Positions 36,196 through 49,268 of a stretch of 64,000 nt of DNA are shown here, piece after piece. The notes under the pieces are model-generated. The model saw only the letters and a list, made by a program, of their open reading frames with translations. It ran no database searches and had not been told where the DNA came from. The position numbers and the translations under genes are program-made. The DNA is from Selaginella moellendorffii. Its lineage: Eukaryota > Plantae > Lycopodiophyta. The DNA lies in contig NW_003314361.1 in assembly GCF_000143415.4 (NCBI RefSeq), positions 372,001-436,000 of the forward strand. Direction: 5' to 3'. Each line of letters starts with the position of its first letter. Position 1 is the stretch's first letter.

Positions 36196-38560
36196 AGATA
36201 TTGATGTCACCTGAGAAGCTCTAACACTTTACAATTATATAGAGCTAGGGGATATTAATATAATTGCATGTACTTATGGCAATGAATATGTGATTGTGTG
36301 TGGGAATATTATATATTTATACATGTGCAATTTTCAGTTGTATGCAAGAATATTATGCACACAATCATGAGTGATATCACTAAAAATGGATTTTGAGCAC
36401 ATGATTAGATGGTTGATAGATCCTAGGGTAATTATAGTATAGCTCAAGGAGCACCAAAAGGATAATCTATGCATAAATAGCCACTAATCAATGGGAATTT
36501 AACTTATGCTATTTGCTTTAATACCACATGTAATGCATTTTATCTTTCTCCCCTTAAACTAATTGAAAAATGAGCAATTACTTGATGAAAGAACTTTTAA
36601 TGGTTATCTTATCCCTATTTATCCCCTAAAGTTCTAAGGATTTATAGTGACAGTATATTTAAATTTCATCCTATGATCACATGCACTACATTATTAACAT
36701 AATCACCACCACTATTATAATTGCTACTAGGAATAAAGTTTGGATTACAACTCAAATCATTAGAATGCCAAAAGTGATGGTGGTTCTTAATTTGAGCTTG
36801 GACTATAGCTCAAGTAAATGTGCTAGTGGAACATGTTGGAAAGGAAACTTTTGAGAACTTTGGGATCAATCACAAACCTCTCAACCTTGATGGTTGTCAA
36901 ATCACACAATCTATTTCATTTGAGAGTATCCAAACTTCTGACTATTATTCTAGACTTTAAGGATGATTTCTCTACCATAACTATCACTGAGTCTCGTGTA
37001 GGTAATATTGTTTGTTTTTGTTTTATCTTAGTTGCTTGCTGCTCTTGCAAATATGTTGTCTAGAGGCACCAATTGATCAAACTACATGGCTTACCAACTC
37101 TTGTGAGACTCGGGAATGCCAGAGTTCAAGCATTTCTCCATGAAGAAGCATGAGATAATTGGTGAAGACTACCAATTCTACTCCACATGTTCATCAAGTG
37201 CCAAATTTTAGGATTCAAAAAAGTTTGAAGCTTGAGTCTATTTTTATTTCTTAGATAGGTTTTACCACCCTTATTACTTTCTGTGTCTCTAGAGCATCAT
37301 ACAAGTGAAAGTTATTCTCCTTCCTTTTCAGATGGATTGTTTGGTGCTACTAACAAGAAGGCAATTGTCTTGACCACATAACTAGGTTAGTTGTAGTGTT
37401 CCATTTTCTTTACTCTTAAAAATGCACTAAATAGAGATGCAAAAGTGTGGAACAAATATTATCTATTGCAAGCTACAAGTGAAAAGTGCAAGACACAAAG
37501 CTTCCACTATATGTTTGTGGAGATCCATGCATGCACCATCTAAAGCAAGGTAGATTATAGCCCTCTTGTTTTCTCACTCAACATTTTATTTGTAGATCTG
37601 TATAAAAATATTCATGTGTAAAACAACTTACATTTGTCTAAAGATAAAAAAAATAAAAATGTATTCATTAATTGCATAGAAGTTATTGAATTTGGAGTTA
37701 CCAGGAATTTTAAATATCTTAAAACCCTTAACCAATAAAAAAACACTTTCATTTATAAATTATTTCATTCTATATTTAAGCCTTAATAGATGGTCTCCAT
37801 TTTTAGTTTCTTATAAGTTTGATTTGAGCTTCATAGCCTCCCCTTGCATGATTGTTCCAAAATCAGTGATGGAGATGCCATCCATGACATGGATAATAAA
37901 GAATCCCTCCACAATAGAATCACATGAGCTATGAGTGAGATTTTTATAGATTCTAGCTTCAATTAGAGAGAAAGACTGTCTCTTGATCAACCCAAGTCAC
38001 TGTCACTTGAGCTCCTTCTGAGAAGATTGATGGAGATCTTTTAATTCTTTTGGTCTTCAGATATTTTTTTGGCCTATCTCATTGAGCGTGGATTTTGAAC
38101 ATGCAATGGGTAGAAGCTCAATTGATTGATGGAGGGATATGGTTTGAAAGAATTTCTACCAAGAATAAACTCCTCTAAGTGGTGATCCTGCCTAATGTAC
38201 ACCAGCTAATCAAGACTTTAGAATTTGTAAGGAGGTTGAACTTCTTGAACTGCCCACCAGGTTCAATCCTACCCACAAGTAAAATTGTTAAATTATTAGA
38301 TGCTAAAAGGTATCTGCATGCTAAATGATATATTTATTGTTCTTATCCATACAATTAATATAGATTAACTATTACTGGATGTAATCTAATTTCTACTTAT
38401 AGGAAACTCTATTTTATAGAGAACATGGACTGGCTGTTGGTTGCATCTGAAATTTGGTAATTAAAACCACTGAAATAGTTAAATACTCAATGTAATATTT
38501 ATAATTGTAGAATCACAACAACAGGTTCTGTAGAAGATGATGGGTTTATGTATGAACTCA
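36196..38560 (+). pseudogene. Decayed paralogue of the lectin-fusion gene, split by about 2 kb of AT-rich DNA
   Basis: 5' match at ~36215-36270 (gctctaacactttacaattatatagagctag) and 3' lectin matches at 38280-38560 (ggttgcatct, ctgtagaagatgatggg). Confidence 0.65.
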
Positions 38561-38603
38561 AATAAAAGCGAAAAAATAAAGGTAAAAGGCATTTGATTTT
38601 GAT

Positions 38604-38800
38604 TTATTCATCTTTGTAGAGTTGCCTTCCAATTAACATTCTCCTTATTTCACTTGTTCCAGCTCCAATTTCATATAGTTTTGCATCCCTTAGCAGCCTT
38701 CCAGTGGGATACTCGTTTACACAGCCATTCCCACCTAGGCACTGGATAGCCTGGACATGATCTGAGAAATAGAACAAACTAGAATTATGAAAGAGCTTAC
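38604..38800 (-). pseudogene. Orphan last exon and intron of IVD at the duplication junction
   Basis: [37 protein letters not shown]; about 92% match to 46889-47090. Confidence 0.85.
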
Positions 38801-39136
38801 CTGGGAAGCCAATCCACAGATTCGCTCACATTCCCCGTCATCAAGGATCCCTCCCGCAAATCAGCTGGCCAGAAAACTCTCCTCGCGGACTTCATCAAAG
38901 TGGATCAGTTCACGAAGAGGATCTACGCAGACGCTCCAGGAAACAATCAAGTGAATCAATGGCCAGCATCGTGTCGCTTGGAGCAAAGTCCTCTTGGAAG
39001 AGACTGAGGTAGAAGAGACTCACATGAACCTATAGAACTTGTCTTCATCTCTGGTGATGGTGTTTCCAAAACTCCATAGCCGATTGTATCCAATCCAACG
39101 AGGGTAATGTAAAAGGTTGGCCTTTTCTTAGTTCTC

Positions 39137-42064
39137 TCATCGTGTGTAGTTTGCTACCAAGTCCTGGAACTCGGCAATTAATTTCTCGATCGTGATGCAA
39201 CCGCGCTGGCCTTTGCTGCCTCTCGTGCGAACGTTCACCTGATGCAAGAGACGAGTGTTAAAACTTGCAAACTTAAAGACACGCTGCTTTCGTTCTTACT
39301 TCTCCTTTCTCTTGCTCCATAGCGCCCACCACCAAGAGATAGTTGTAGTGTGCCATTTGAGCTTCTCGGACCTTGTAATTTGCAGAAGCAGTACGTTAAA
39401 TGTATAAAAAAAAACGTGTGTCCAAGTACCTTCTTGTCCACCTTTCTGTCCGAGACATCGACGTCTACCTCGAAACCAGCAGCGTGAAGTTTGGCACGAA
39501 CCTGGTGCGAAAACAGAAAAAGTAAGCAGAACGTTAGGAAAACAAAGGGGTGAATCGCGTTTTGTACCTCCTCGGCGTAGTCTTTAAACTTCTCCGAGAT
39601 TGTGAGAACGATAGCTTGGCGCGGGCTGAGCCAGAAGGGCCATTTTCCAGCATTGTCTTCCAACAGTATTGCGAACATCCGTTCAATGGACCCCAATATC
39701 GCCCGGTGTATGATGACAGGCCGCTCGATCTTTGCTTCGTCTTCGGCCGAGTAGCTCAGCTTGAACCGAATCGGTGATTGGAAGTCAAGCTGCGTAGATC
39801 ACGAAGATAAAAAAAAACGTTAAAAGAAAAAAAGGCAAAAGCCCTGAAGACAAGACCTGAATTGTTGCGCACTGGAACTTTCTGTTGAGTGCATCAGATA
39901 CTTGGATGTCAATCTTAGGCCCGTAAAAAGCACCATCTCCTTCGTTCATCTGCAGAAAAGATTACGAGCTCGGTAATTACATGAAACAGAGAGGAGATAT
40001 CAAACCTGCCAGGGCTTTGCATGCGCATTCAGAGCGTCCGCCAATGCCCCTTCCGCCCGATCCCACAAGGAGCTCTCGCCAAGAAAGTTTTCTGGCCGCT
40101 GGAATTTCATACGAAGTCAAGGACTGCCTTGAAGAATTTCGACATACCGTGGACAATTTGAGATCATAAGTAAAGCCGAAAATGGTGTACACGTAATCGA
40201 GAAAGTCCAGACATCCCTTGACTTCATCATAAACCTGTAGGAGGTAATCGTTTAGCAAACCAAAGAAAAATACTGAAAACTAAAACTTACTTGAGATTCC
40301 ATGCAAAAGATATGAGCATCATCCTGTGACAGCGGCAACGAGATACGTGAGTAACTCTACACAGATTATATTACAAACCTGTGAGAAACGCCTGACTCGT
40401 GTCAGCCCCGTGAGTGCACCACTTAATTCGTTTCGGTGTAAAACCCCAAAATCAGCTATTCTCAGAGGCAGCTCTACGTAAATATATATAATCTCGTTAG
40501 ACAAACACAGTCATGTTACAGACTTCCTACCTCGATATGAACGGACCCTGTGTTGGAAAAGTAAACAATGGCCGGGACAATTCATGGGCTTCAGACCAAA
40601 TTCTTGCTTTTCTATCTGCAGCAAGAGGTTAAAACCAGCGGGCGGTGGATTTTCCTAGAATTACCTCGAAGACGAACATGTTTTCTTTATAATGAGCCGC
40701 ATGTCCGGATTGTTCCCAAAGTTTCATGTTATAAATGTTCGGAGTGACTACCTAAGAGCCGAAGAAAACATTATTTTCTACTGAAAACAGCTCATACTGG
40801 ACAAACCTCGTCAAAACCTCGCTTCCTGTATTCTGAACGGATAAATTGCAACAGTTTGTTGTACACAATGGTGCCCTTTGGAAGAAAGAATGCACTCCCT
40901 GGGCTGCGAAGGAACGCAAGCGTGAACTCTATAGTTGTTTCTAGGAGCTAGAAAGTTACCTCAATTCGTGGAAGAAAAAGAGCTGCTGGTTTTTCCCAAG
41001 TAACCGATGGTCCCGTTTCTTGGCTTCTTCATACTTGGTCATATAAGCCTACAAGCCCAACAAAACATCCATATGTTAATGTTATGGAAACGTAAGAGGT
41101 ACCTTCAGGGACTGATTGTCAGGATATGATATTCCCTAAACGCGTTGAAGGCTTTCCCGTTCTTGCTTACCTTTCCAATAGCACGCGGAGGCCTGTTTAA
41201 ACGAACGTTTACGAAAAGAACAGTTTCTTAATCGAAATGACGGCACCTTCAAGCAAGAAAAAGCTTTCACGTAGGATGTGTTGGGAATATGAGGTCCACG
41301 ACACAAATCAACAAGTGGACCGCATCTGTAAACTGTTATCACAGCATCCTCGGGTAAATCATTGATTATTTCTACCTGCAAGAGAAACAAAACCTCCTAT
41401 TAAGTTAAAACAGGCTTCCAACAGAGACACTTACTTTGAACTGGTTATCAGAAAAAATCTCCAGAGCCTGTTGCCGTGTCACTTGTATCCGTTCAAACGG
41501 CTGACTCTCCTGCACGTCTCCAAAACAATGATCAATCTTGTCCTATCATATGCCTCGTCGAACCTGAACGGCTTTCGTCACTTGGCTTTGCACAGCCGGG
41601 AAGTTCTCTTCGTTGAGTGTTCTCCCGTCTTCGTAAAAAGCATCATAGTAAAAACCCTACACAAGAAAATGTTGCAACTATACCGATCAAATTCACTAAA
41701 ACAGTACCTCTCCCCTTGTCGTGCAGGGACCAATGCAGAGCTTGCAACCATACGCTTGTTCTAAAGACTGGAAACTTACAGCACGTTAAATTCTTCCCCT
41801 CGAATGAAGAAAAAAAGAAAATGTAGTACCTCGCCAAGGATATGAGCACTCGAGTGCCAGAAAGTATCACGACCCTGCTCGTCCTTAAACGCGTAAAGAA
41901 CAAGCGTGCAATCAAAGTTACCATAACCTGCGCAATAACATAATCAGCAGCCTTCTTCTTCGAGATAAGCCTGGCAATGTCCAGTGGAGTCGTGAAGAGG
42001 TAACAGTACCTGCGCAATAACATAATCAGCAGCCTTCTTCTTCGAGATTAGCCTGGCAATGTCC
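39137..42064 (-). pseudogene. THRRS: ThrRS copy 2 with a premature stop and a rearranged 5' region, running into the gap
   Basis: About 99% identical to copy 1. TAC to TAG at 41136-41138. The [15 protein letters not shown] segment is lost and a ~70-bp exon piece is duplicated at 41926-42064. Confidence 0.85.
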
Positions 42065-42517
42065 NNNNNNNNNNNNNNNNNNNNNNNNNNNNNNNNNNNN
42101 NNNNNNNNNNNNNNNNNNNNNNNNNNNNNNNNNNNNNNNNNNNNNNNNNNNNNNNNNNNNNNNNNNNNNNNNNNNNNNNNNNNNNNNNNNNNNNNNNNNN
42201 NNNNNNNNNNNNNNNNNNNNNNNNNNNNNNNNNNNNNNNNNNNNNNNNNNNNNNNNNNNNNNNNNNNNNNNNNNNNNNNNNNNNNNNNNNNNNNNNNNNN
42301 NNNNNNNNNNNNNNNNNNNNNNNNNNNNNNNNNNNNNNNNNNNNNNNNNNNNNNNNNNNNNNNNNNNNNNNNNNNNNNNNNNNNNNNNNNNNNNNNNNNN
42401 NNNNNNNNNNNNNNNNNNNNNNNNNNNNNNNNNNNNNNNNNNNNNNNNNNNNNNNNNNNNNNNNNNNNNNNNNNNNNNNNNNNNNNNNNNNNNNNNNNNN
42501 NNNNNNNNNNNNNNNNN
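42065..42517. other. Assembly gap (453 N)
   Basis: Run of Ns. Confidence 1.
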
Positions 42518-43337
42518 TGATGTAAATTGGGACGCTCTAACACTTGTAAATTATATACAGCTAGAAGATATTCACAAAATTGCTTATTATTTTAATAAAA
42601 TGCTAGATGATAAAATAGATATCACACGCAATTACTATGGTGCTCATGCTTGGACAATTACTCAAGCGCTTTCATTTGGTAGATCAGTTGAGCTTAGTCT
42701 TTGGATATATTGTAGAAAACCTGATGGTATTTGCAACATTTGTTTAGCCAACACTGGAGCACTAGGAAGAGAGATAGTTGGTAACTTAGCAGCACTTGTA
42801 GTAGAGGTTATACACCAGGCAGAAGGCTATTATTATGGACATATTGCTGCTACAATGGGTTATGTTGGTGTAAAGTATAAAATTGTAAATGCCCCTTTGT
42901 TCTACCAAGATCTTAATATTAGTGAATCTATAAGAAATATCACAATGTTTAGTGATATATCTAATTGCTGGATATACAGGTCAAGCCTTATAAGTGGTGA
43001 TGCTTTAGAGTTGGGTGATTATCTGATTAATTCTAACTGTTTAGTCTCCCCAAACAGTCAATATAAATTAGCTATAGCTGGATGTAATTTGATTTTTACT
43101 TATCAGGGAAACAATGTGAAATGGAGAACATGGAATAATGGGAATGATTGTTGGTTGCATCTACAAGCTAATGGTGATTTAGTAATTAAAAATTCTAATG
43201 GAGTTAAAATATGGAGTACAAATACTCAATGTAATACTTATAATTGTAGAATATCAACAGTAGTTTCTGTAGAAGATGATGGATTTATATATATTTTCTA
43301 TATGAACACAAGAAGGATAATACATCGTTTTCCATAA
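42518..43337 (+). CDS. Lectin-fusion protein copy 2 (N-terminus hidden in the gap)
   Basis: Open frame to TAA at 43337; about 21 aa differences from copy 1 over 245 aa. Confidence 0.78.
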
Positions 43338-43781
43338 CATGAAATTGCATATGATTTAAAGCATGCCTGAGTAAACAATAAAGGTAAAGGCATCTTTTCA
43401 TCTTTGAAAAAAGATAATGGAAATTGATGCTATGGTTTTCTAGAGTAACTGAATAAGGAGAATGTTAAATAGAAAGCAACTCTACAAAAATGAATTCAAT
43501 TTTCTATGCTGAATACTTTCTATCCATGTGACAAGCTTAAGCAAAAGAGGGAACAAAAGCCATGTTAAAACCAAATCATAAAGCATTTACAAACAAAATA
43601 AACATTGGCAATTTAACGTTTTTGTTGGTATTTGCATCTTGGTGTACATATCAATTAGTTTTCCCTATAAACATCAAAGCTCTTTGAGAATAGTTATATC
43701 TATTTATTAAAGAGTCTAATTACTTTGATTTATGTTTTTAATTTAAATATTTTTTAATAATAGAATTTTTAAAGTCAGCTA

Positions 43782-46700
43782 GGAAGCTCTAACACTTTAC
43801 AATTATATAGAGACAACAGATATTGATACAATTGTATGTACTTATGGCAGCTAAAATGTGATTGTGCATGGGAGCATTATATATTTACATATGTGCAGAT
43901 ATTTTTTTTTTTTTGTTTTGAGTTGTATGCAAAAATATTATGCACAAAATCATGTTTTGATTGCTATAAAAGCTATTAAAACGTGATTATGTGCATAATA
44001 TGTTTTACATGGGACATGCTATGTATGCATGGGGCATGACCTGCAAGACTACCATGTCATCCTAAACAAAGTGATATCACAAAAAAGACTTGAGAGTGGA
44101 TTTTAAGCACATGATTAGGCAGTAGTGCAATGGCATTGTACCAAGAGGGATTGAAGAGGAGCTTGATGGTGGCCAGGAGTGTAGCAGGTTCTGGGAGGTT
44201 ACAAATCACTTGAATGAGTATTTGTATCATAGGGAGATTTTAGTACAGCTTAAGAAGCACCAAAGGCCTGTATTGTATTTAGTGCTGCAGCAGGAACCAT
44301 TAGAAGATCCTTCCTCAAATGGTGACTGAGTAAGATCTTTGTCGGCTAGACACTACTGCAAGGATGATAATTACCAGCATGATCACCACCACCAACATAA
44401 TTGTTACCAGGAGGAGAGCTCAGATTACAGCTCAAATCATCAAAATGCCAAAGGTGGTAGTGGTTTTCATAGAGTTTACCATGAGAGCTTGAACTATAGT
44501 TTGAGTAAATGTGCCAGTGGAGCATATTAGAGGTCAACCACTTGATAAGTTATGAGAACTTTGGGATCAATCTCAATCCTCTCAATCTGGGGGTTGTCAA
44601 ATTGCACAAATTATTTCATTTGAGAGCATCCAAACTTCCAGCCACTGCTCTAGACTTTGAGGATAATGAGTCTCATATAGGTAGTATTGTTGGTTTTTGT
44701 TTTATCTCAATTGCTTACTGCACTTGCAAATATGTAGCAACAGAAAAGAGAGCTTTGTCTGGAGGCCCCAATTGATCAAACTGTGTGGCTTGCCAGCTCT
44801 TGTGAGACTCAAGAATGCCAAAGTTCAAGCATTTCTCCATGAAGGAGCATAAGACATCTAGTGAAGACTTTCTCAATTATTCTACTTCACACATGTTTAT
44901 CAAGAGTGCTGGATTATAAAATTCAAAAGAGCCCAAAGCTTGAGTCTATTGTAGGTTTTACCACCCTTATTACTTTCTGTGTTTGCAAAGCATTGATTCT
45001 CTTTGCTTTTCAGATGGATTGGGTGGTGCTACCAGTAAGAAGGTAGTTGTCTGGCAAGGGAAGATTAACCATATAGCTAAGTTAGTTGTAATGTTCCATT
45101 TTCTTTTCTATTAAAAATGCACTAAATAGTCTTATCAAGGTTTGTTGAGATGCAAAAAGTCTAGAATAGAAATCATTTATTGCAAGTTACAAGTGGAAAG
45201 TGCAAGATGCAAAACTTTCACTACATGTTTGTGAATATTCATGCATGCACCATCTAGAGTAAGGTAGATTGCATTTTTTTTTGTTTTCTTACTCAACATT
45301 TTATTTGTAAATTTGTATAAAAATGTATTTATTGATTATATCAAAGATTTGTAAGCTTATACCTCCTAAATTTGGACTTTTTAGGAGCACAATACTAAGG
45401 ATGTTTAACCTTAAATATCCTAAAACCCTTAATTGATTGAAAAGGGAAATGCACTTTTATTCATAAGCTCTTTCCTTCTATATTTAAACTCCCACACAAC
45501 TCAAATCATTCTTGTAAGCAACAAAAAAGAACAATTTATGAGAAAATTTATTAGAGATTCATGACCTCCTCTTGCATGATTCTAATAAAGATGCTATCCA
45601 TAATAACATAACTGATGAAGAATCCCTCCACAATGAAGTCACATGATTTATGAGTGAGATTCTTATCAATTTTAGCTTCAATTAGAGAGAAAGAATGTTT
45701 CTTATCAAATTAAGTTGCCATCACTTGAACTCCTATTAGTATGATGCCATTATTCATTAGAGAGAAGATTGATAAAGATCTTTTCATTCTTTTTATTTTT
45801 TGATTTTTTTTTCATTTATCTCATTGAGGATAGATTTTGAGCATGCAATGGGTAATGATGCAATAGTGTCATGGAGTGTCTAGGAGCTCAATTGACTGAT
45901 GAAGGGATGTTTCTACCAAGAATAAACTCTTTTAAGTGGTGATCCTACCTAATGTACACCAATTAATCAAGACTTTAGAATTTGTAAAAAAGTTAAGCTT
46001 CCTGAGCTACCCACCTAACAATGTGCAAGGATCAATCTTCCTCATGAGTGAAATTGAGGTGAGATTGAACTCCTTGACACCAAAGTTTAAACTATGGCAA
46101 AATAGCTTAATGTGGATTATAACATATCGAGTGGCACTAATGTGGCATGCATGCCAATATATATATAAATATATGCTTAAAAAAAAATTGTGTCTAAATA
46201 TTATTTTGTAAGTCATACACATGAAGGGAGGTGTGGGCAACTTAACAAAAACTTGTGCAAACTTATAGGGAAGTGTATTCCCCCCCAAAACTGCCATCAC
46301 AAATTACTTGTTATATATATTTTCAATAAAATGTTACATGATAAAAAAGTAAGCATATACAAATACATGTTTTAGTTAGACAAATTATAAAAACAGTAGA
46401 ATAGTTAAGCTTAGCACTTGGATATATAGCAAGAAATCTGGTGGCATTTGTAATGTTGTTTTAAGTGGAAGGTGGGAATTATGGATATTTTACTGCTACT
46501 ATAGATTATATTGGTGTAAAATAAAAATTATTGAATGCTAAAAGGTATTAATACTATAAAAAAAATTCATAATGCTTAATGATATATTTACTGTGCTTAC
46601 TCAATCTAACTCTCTAGTCTCTCCATGCAATCAACATAGATTAACTATTACTGAATGTAATCTAATTTCTACTTATATAGGAAACTCTATTTTATGGAGA

Positions 46701-46850
46701 ACATGGAACAATGGGACTCAATCTGAAATTTGGTAATTAAAACTGCTGAAATAGTTAAATACTCAATGTAATATTTATAATTGTAGAATCACAACAGCAG
46801 CTTCTGTAGGAGATGATGGGTTTATATACATTATATATGAACTCAAGTAA
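43782..46850 (+). pseudogene. Decayed lectin-fusion paralogue, unit 2, interrupted by AT-rich DNA
   Basis: 5' match at ~43782-43840; 3' match at 46390-46850 (cttagcacttggatatatagcaagaaatctggtggcatttgtaatg, tggagaacatggaacaatggg). Confidence 0.68.
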
Positions 46851-46888
46851 AACCGAAAAAATACAGGTAAAAGGCATTTGATTTTGAT

Positions 46889-49039
46889 TTATTCATCTTT
46901 GTAGAGTTGCCTTCCAATTAACACTCTCCTTATTTCACTTGTTCCAGCTCCAATCTCATATAGTTTTGCATCTCTCAACAGCCTTCCAGTGGGATACTCG
47001 TTTACATAGCCATTCCCACCTAGGCACTGGATAGCCTGGACATGATCCGAGAGTTAGGTAAAAAGTAGAATTATGAAAGAGCTTGCCTGCAAAGCCATTT
47101 GAGTTGCGTTCTCTGATGAAAAAAGAATAGCTGCAGCACAATCCTGTAGACAAGGCGCTTTAGTCTAGAAATTCACAGCATTTTGTAAGTTGAATCTCAC
47201 CTTTCTATCTATGTGACCAGCATCACAGCTTCGAGCAACAGAATGAACTAGAGCCCTGTTGAGACCAAATCGTAGGCAATTCAGAAAACAAATGCTGGCA
47301 AATCAACATTCTACCTGGAAGCTTGCATCTTAGTGTACATATCAGCTAGCTTTCCCTGTAAGCATCAAAGCTCTTGAAAGGTGCGTATGAGCAAGGAGAA
47401 AAATGACAGAGTTACCTGTATAAGTTGAAACTCTCCTATCGGCTTTCCAAATTGTTCCCTTTGTCGCACATAGGGAAGAACCACGTCCATGCAAGCTTGC
47501 ATGAGACCCAAAGGACCAGATGCCAATACAAGCCTCTCCAAATCCAGCCCAGACATCATCACATAAACACCTGTTGATACGCTGCTAGTAACAAGTTCAA
47601 TCTTGAAACCCAGCAAACTCACCTTTTCCTTCCTGACCAAGAATGTTCTCCGGAGGCACAAAGCAGTCCTGAAACACCAACTCGCACCTAAATAAAAATG
47701 TTAGGACATGTGTTCCTACAATGTAAAAGATTGACAACCTACGTATCACTTCCACGCATTCCAAGTTTGTCTAGCTTTTGAGCGGTCGTGAATCTGGAAG
47801 GAGTCAATTGTTAGACTGGCAGCAACATACAGCACTAAACCTCACCCTTCCATTCCCTTTTCAATAATGAATGCCGTTATTCCGTGAGCTCCCGCACTAT
47901 TGTCAGTCTTAGCATATACAATCTGGTAAGTCACACATTAGTAAAACGAAGGCCTAAAGGAAGAAAAGACGCACCAGAGTGTTAGCAACAGGTCCATTTG
48001 TGCACCACATTTTGTTTCCATTTAGAACATATCCCTTGTCCCGACGCTCAGCTTTGCATTTCATGCTCACCACATCAGAACCAGCTGCAAATAAAGGTCA
48101 ATACCATGCCTCCTTATAATCCAGCGAAAACATAAAGAAAAAGAGATACATACAATTCGGTTCGCTCATCACCAGTGCTCCAACGTGTTCCCCGCTTATC
48201 AACTATGACACCAACAATCGTGTAAGAAAACCACTTCCAAACACGATGATAGATATGCACCTGAGGTAAGTACTTCTCCTTCTGAGCCTCGGTGCCATTC
48301 CTTACCTGTGAGAAACACGTCGATAGACAGCTTTAAGAACAAAGAAAGGTCCCGAGCAAAACATACTAAATACCAGCTGGTTGATGCAAAGGTTGGAGTG
48401 AGCACCGTATGAAAGCCCAACCGATCCGGAAGCACGACTAATCTCCTCCATAGCCAAGCAGTGGTATAAGTATCCCAAACCAAGCCCCCCATACTTCTCT
48501 GACATTAAACTCTGGAATTGACAAGGAAGAAGAAAAAAACTGTAAGTGCTATCTATACTCACCAGGAGCAGTGATTCCGTGCAAGTTGAAGTCTCCCATC
48601 AGTTTCCAGAGATTCCGATCCTGCCCACGCAAAAAGAAAATCTCAAATCCAAACACCCAAGGAAAGAAAAGAATGGAACGGGAAAATGCTGCTCAAAACA
48701 AACCTTTGGAAACGAATTCGTGGCATCGATGGTAGCAGCGTGTGGAGCGATATGCTCCGCAGCGAAGTGCTGGACGCTCTTCTTAAACTGGAGCAAGCAA
48801 GCAAGCAAGCAAGCAACTGTGTGAGAAATTCCGGCTCAGAAACGATGATCGATCAAGACCTGCGCGGCTGTTTCGTCCAGAGTAGCATCGTAGCTCTGCT
48901 GTGACGAGAAAGAAGCAGAGGATCAAACCAAACAAACCTACATGATCTCTACCTCCAACGCCGCTGTTGCCAGCGCCCGCGACTGGATCGAAAATCTCCC
49001 CGCCGCGCGAGCTATGGCTGCCGCCAACGCCATCGCCAT
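46889..49039 (-). CDS. IVD: Isovaleryl-CoA dehydrogenase (mitochondrial), multi-exon; last intron has a GC donor
   Basis: [106 protein letters not shown]. Confidence 0.95.
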
Positions 49040-49268
49040 CGCCTTCGCCTACTCTTCGTCGATCTCAAGAGAGGGAAATGGCAGAAAAACACGAACATTC
49101 CACAATTATGACGAGGATCCAGATGGACGGATAGGATCGGCCAGCAATGCCCACGTTGCTGCTGCCGTGTAAAAACTCTTGACCAATCGGAAACTAGAAC
49201 TGAGAAGATTCGAACACCTTTGGAAATTTTCTCTTTTATTAACAACCCTTGAGCAACTACATTTTCTT

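Larger units (their letters stand above)
38800..47095. repeat. Second unit of the tandem segmental duplication (unit 1 = 31245-38799)
   Basis: RopGEF 3' end, ThrRS, lectin island and IVD 3' end repeated at an offset of about 7555 bp. Confidence 0.9.

Noticed and set aside
41944-42543. Long ORFs across the N run
   Set aside because: Artefacts of the assembly gap.
43850-46380. AT-rich insert in the lectin pseudogene (also 36300-38280) as a specific transposon
   Set aside because: Looks like decayed coding DNA, but no diagnostic domain or ends are recognisable.
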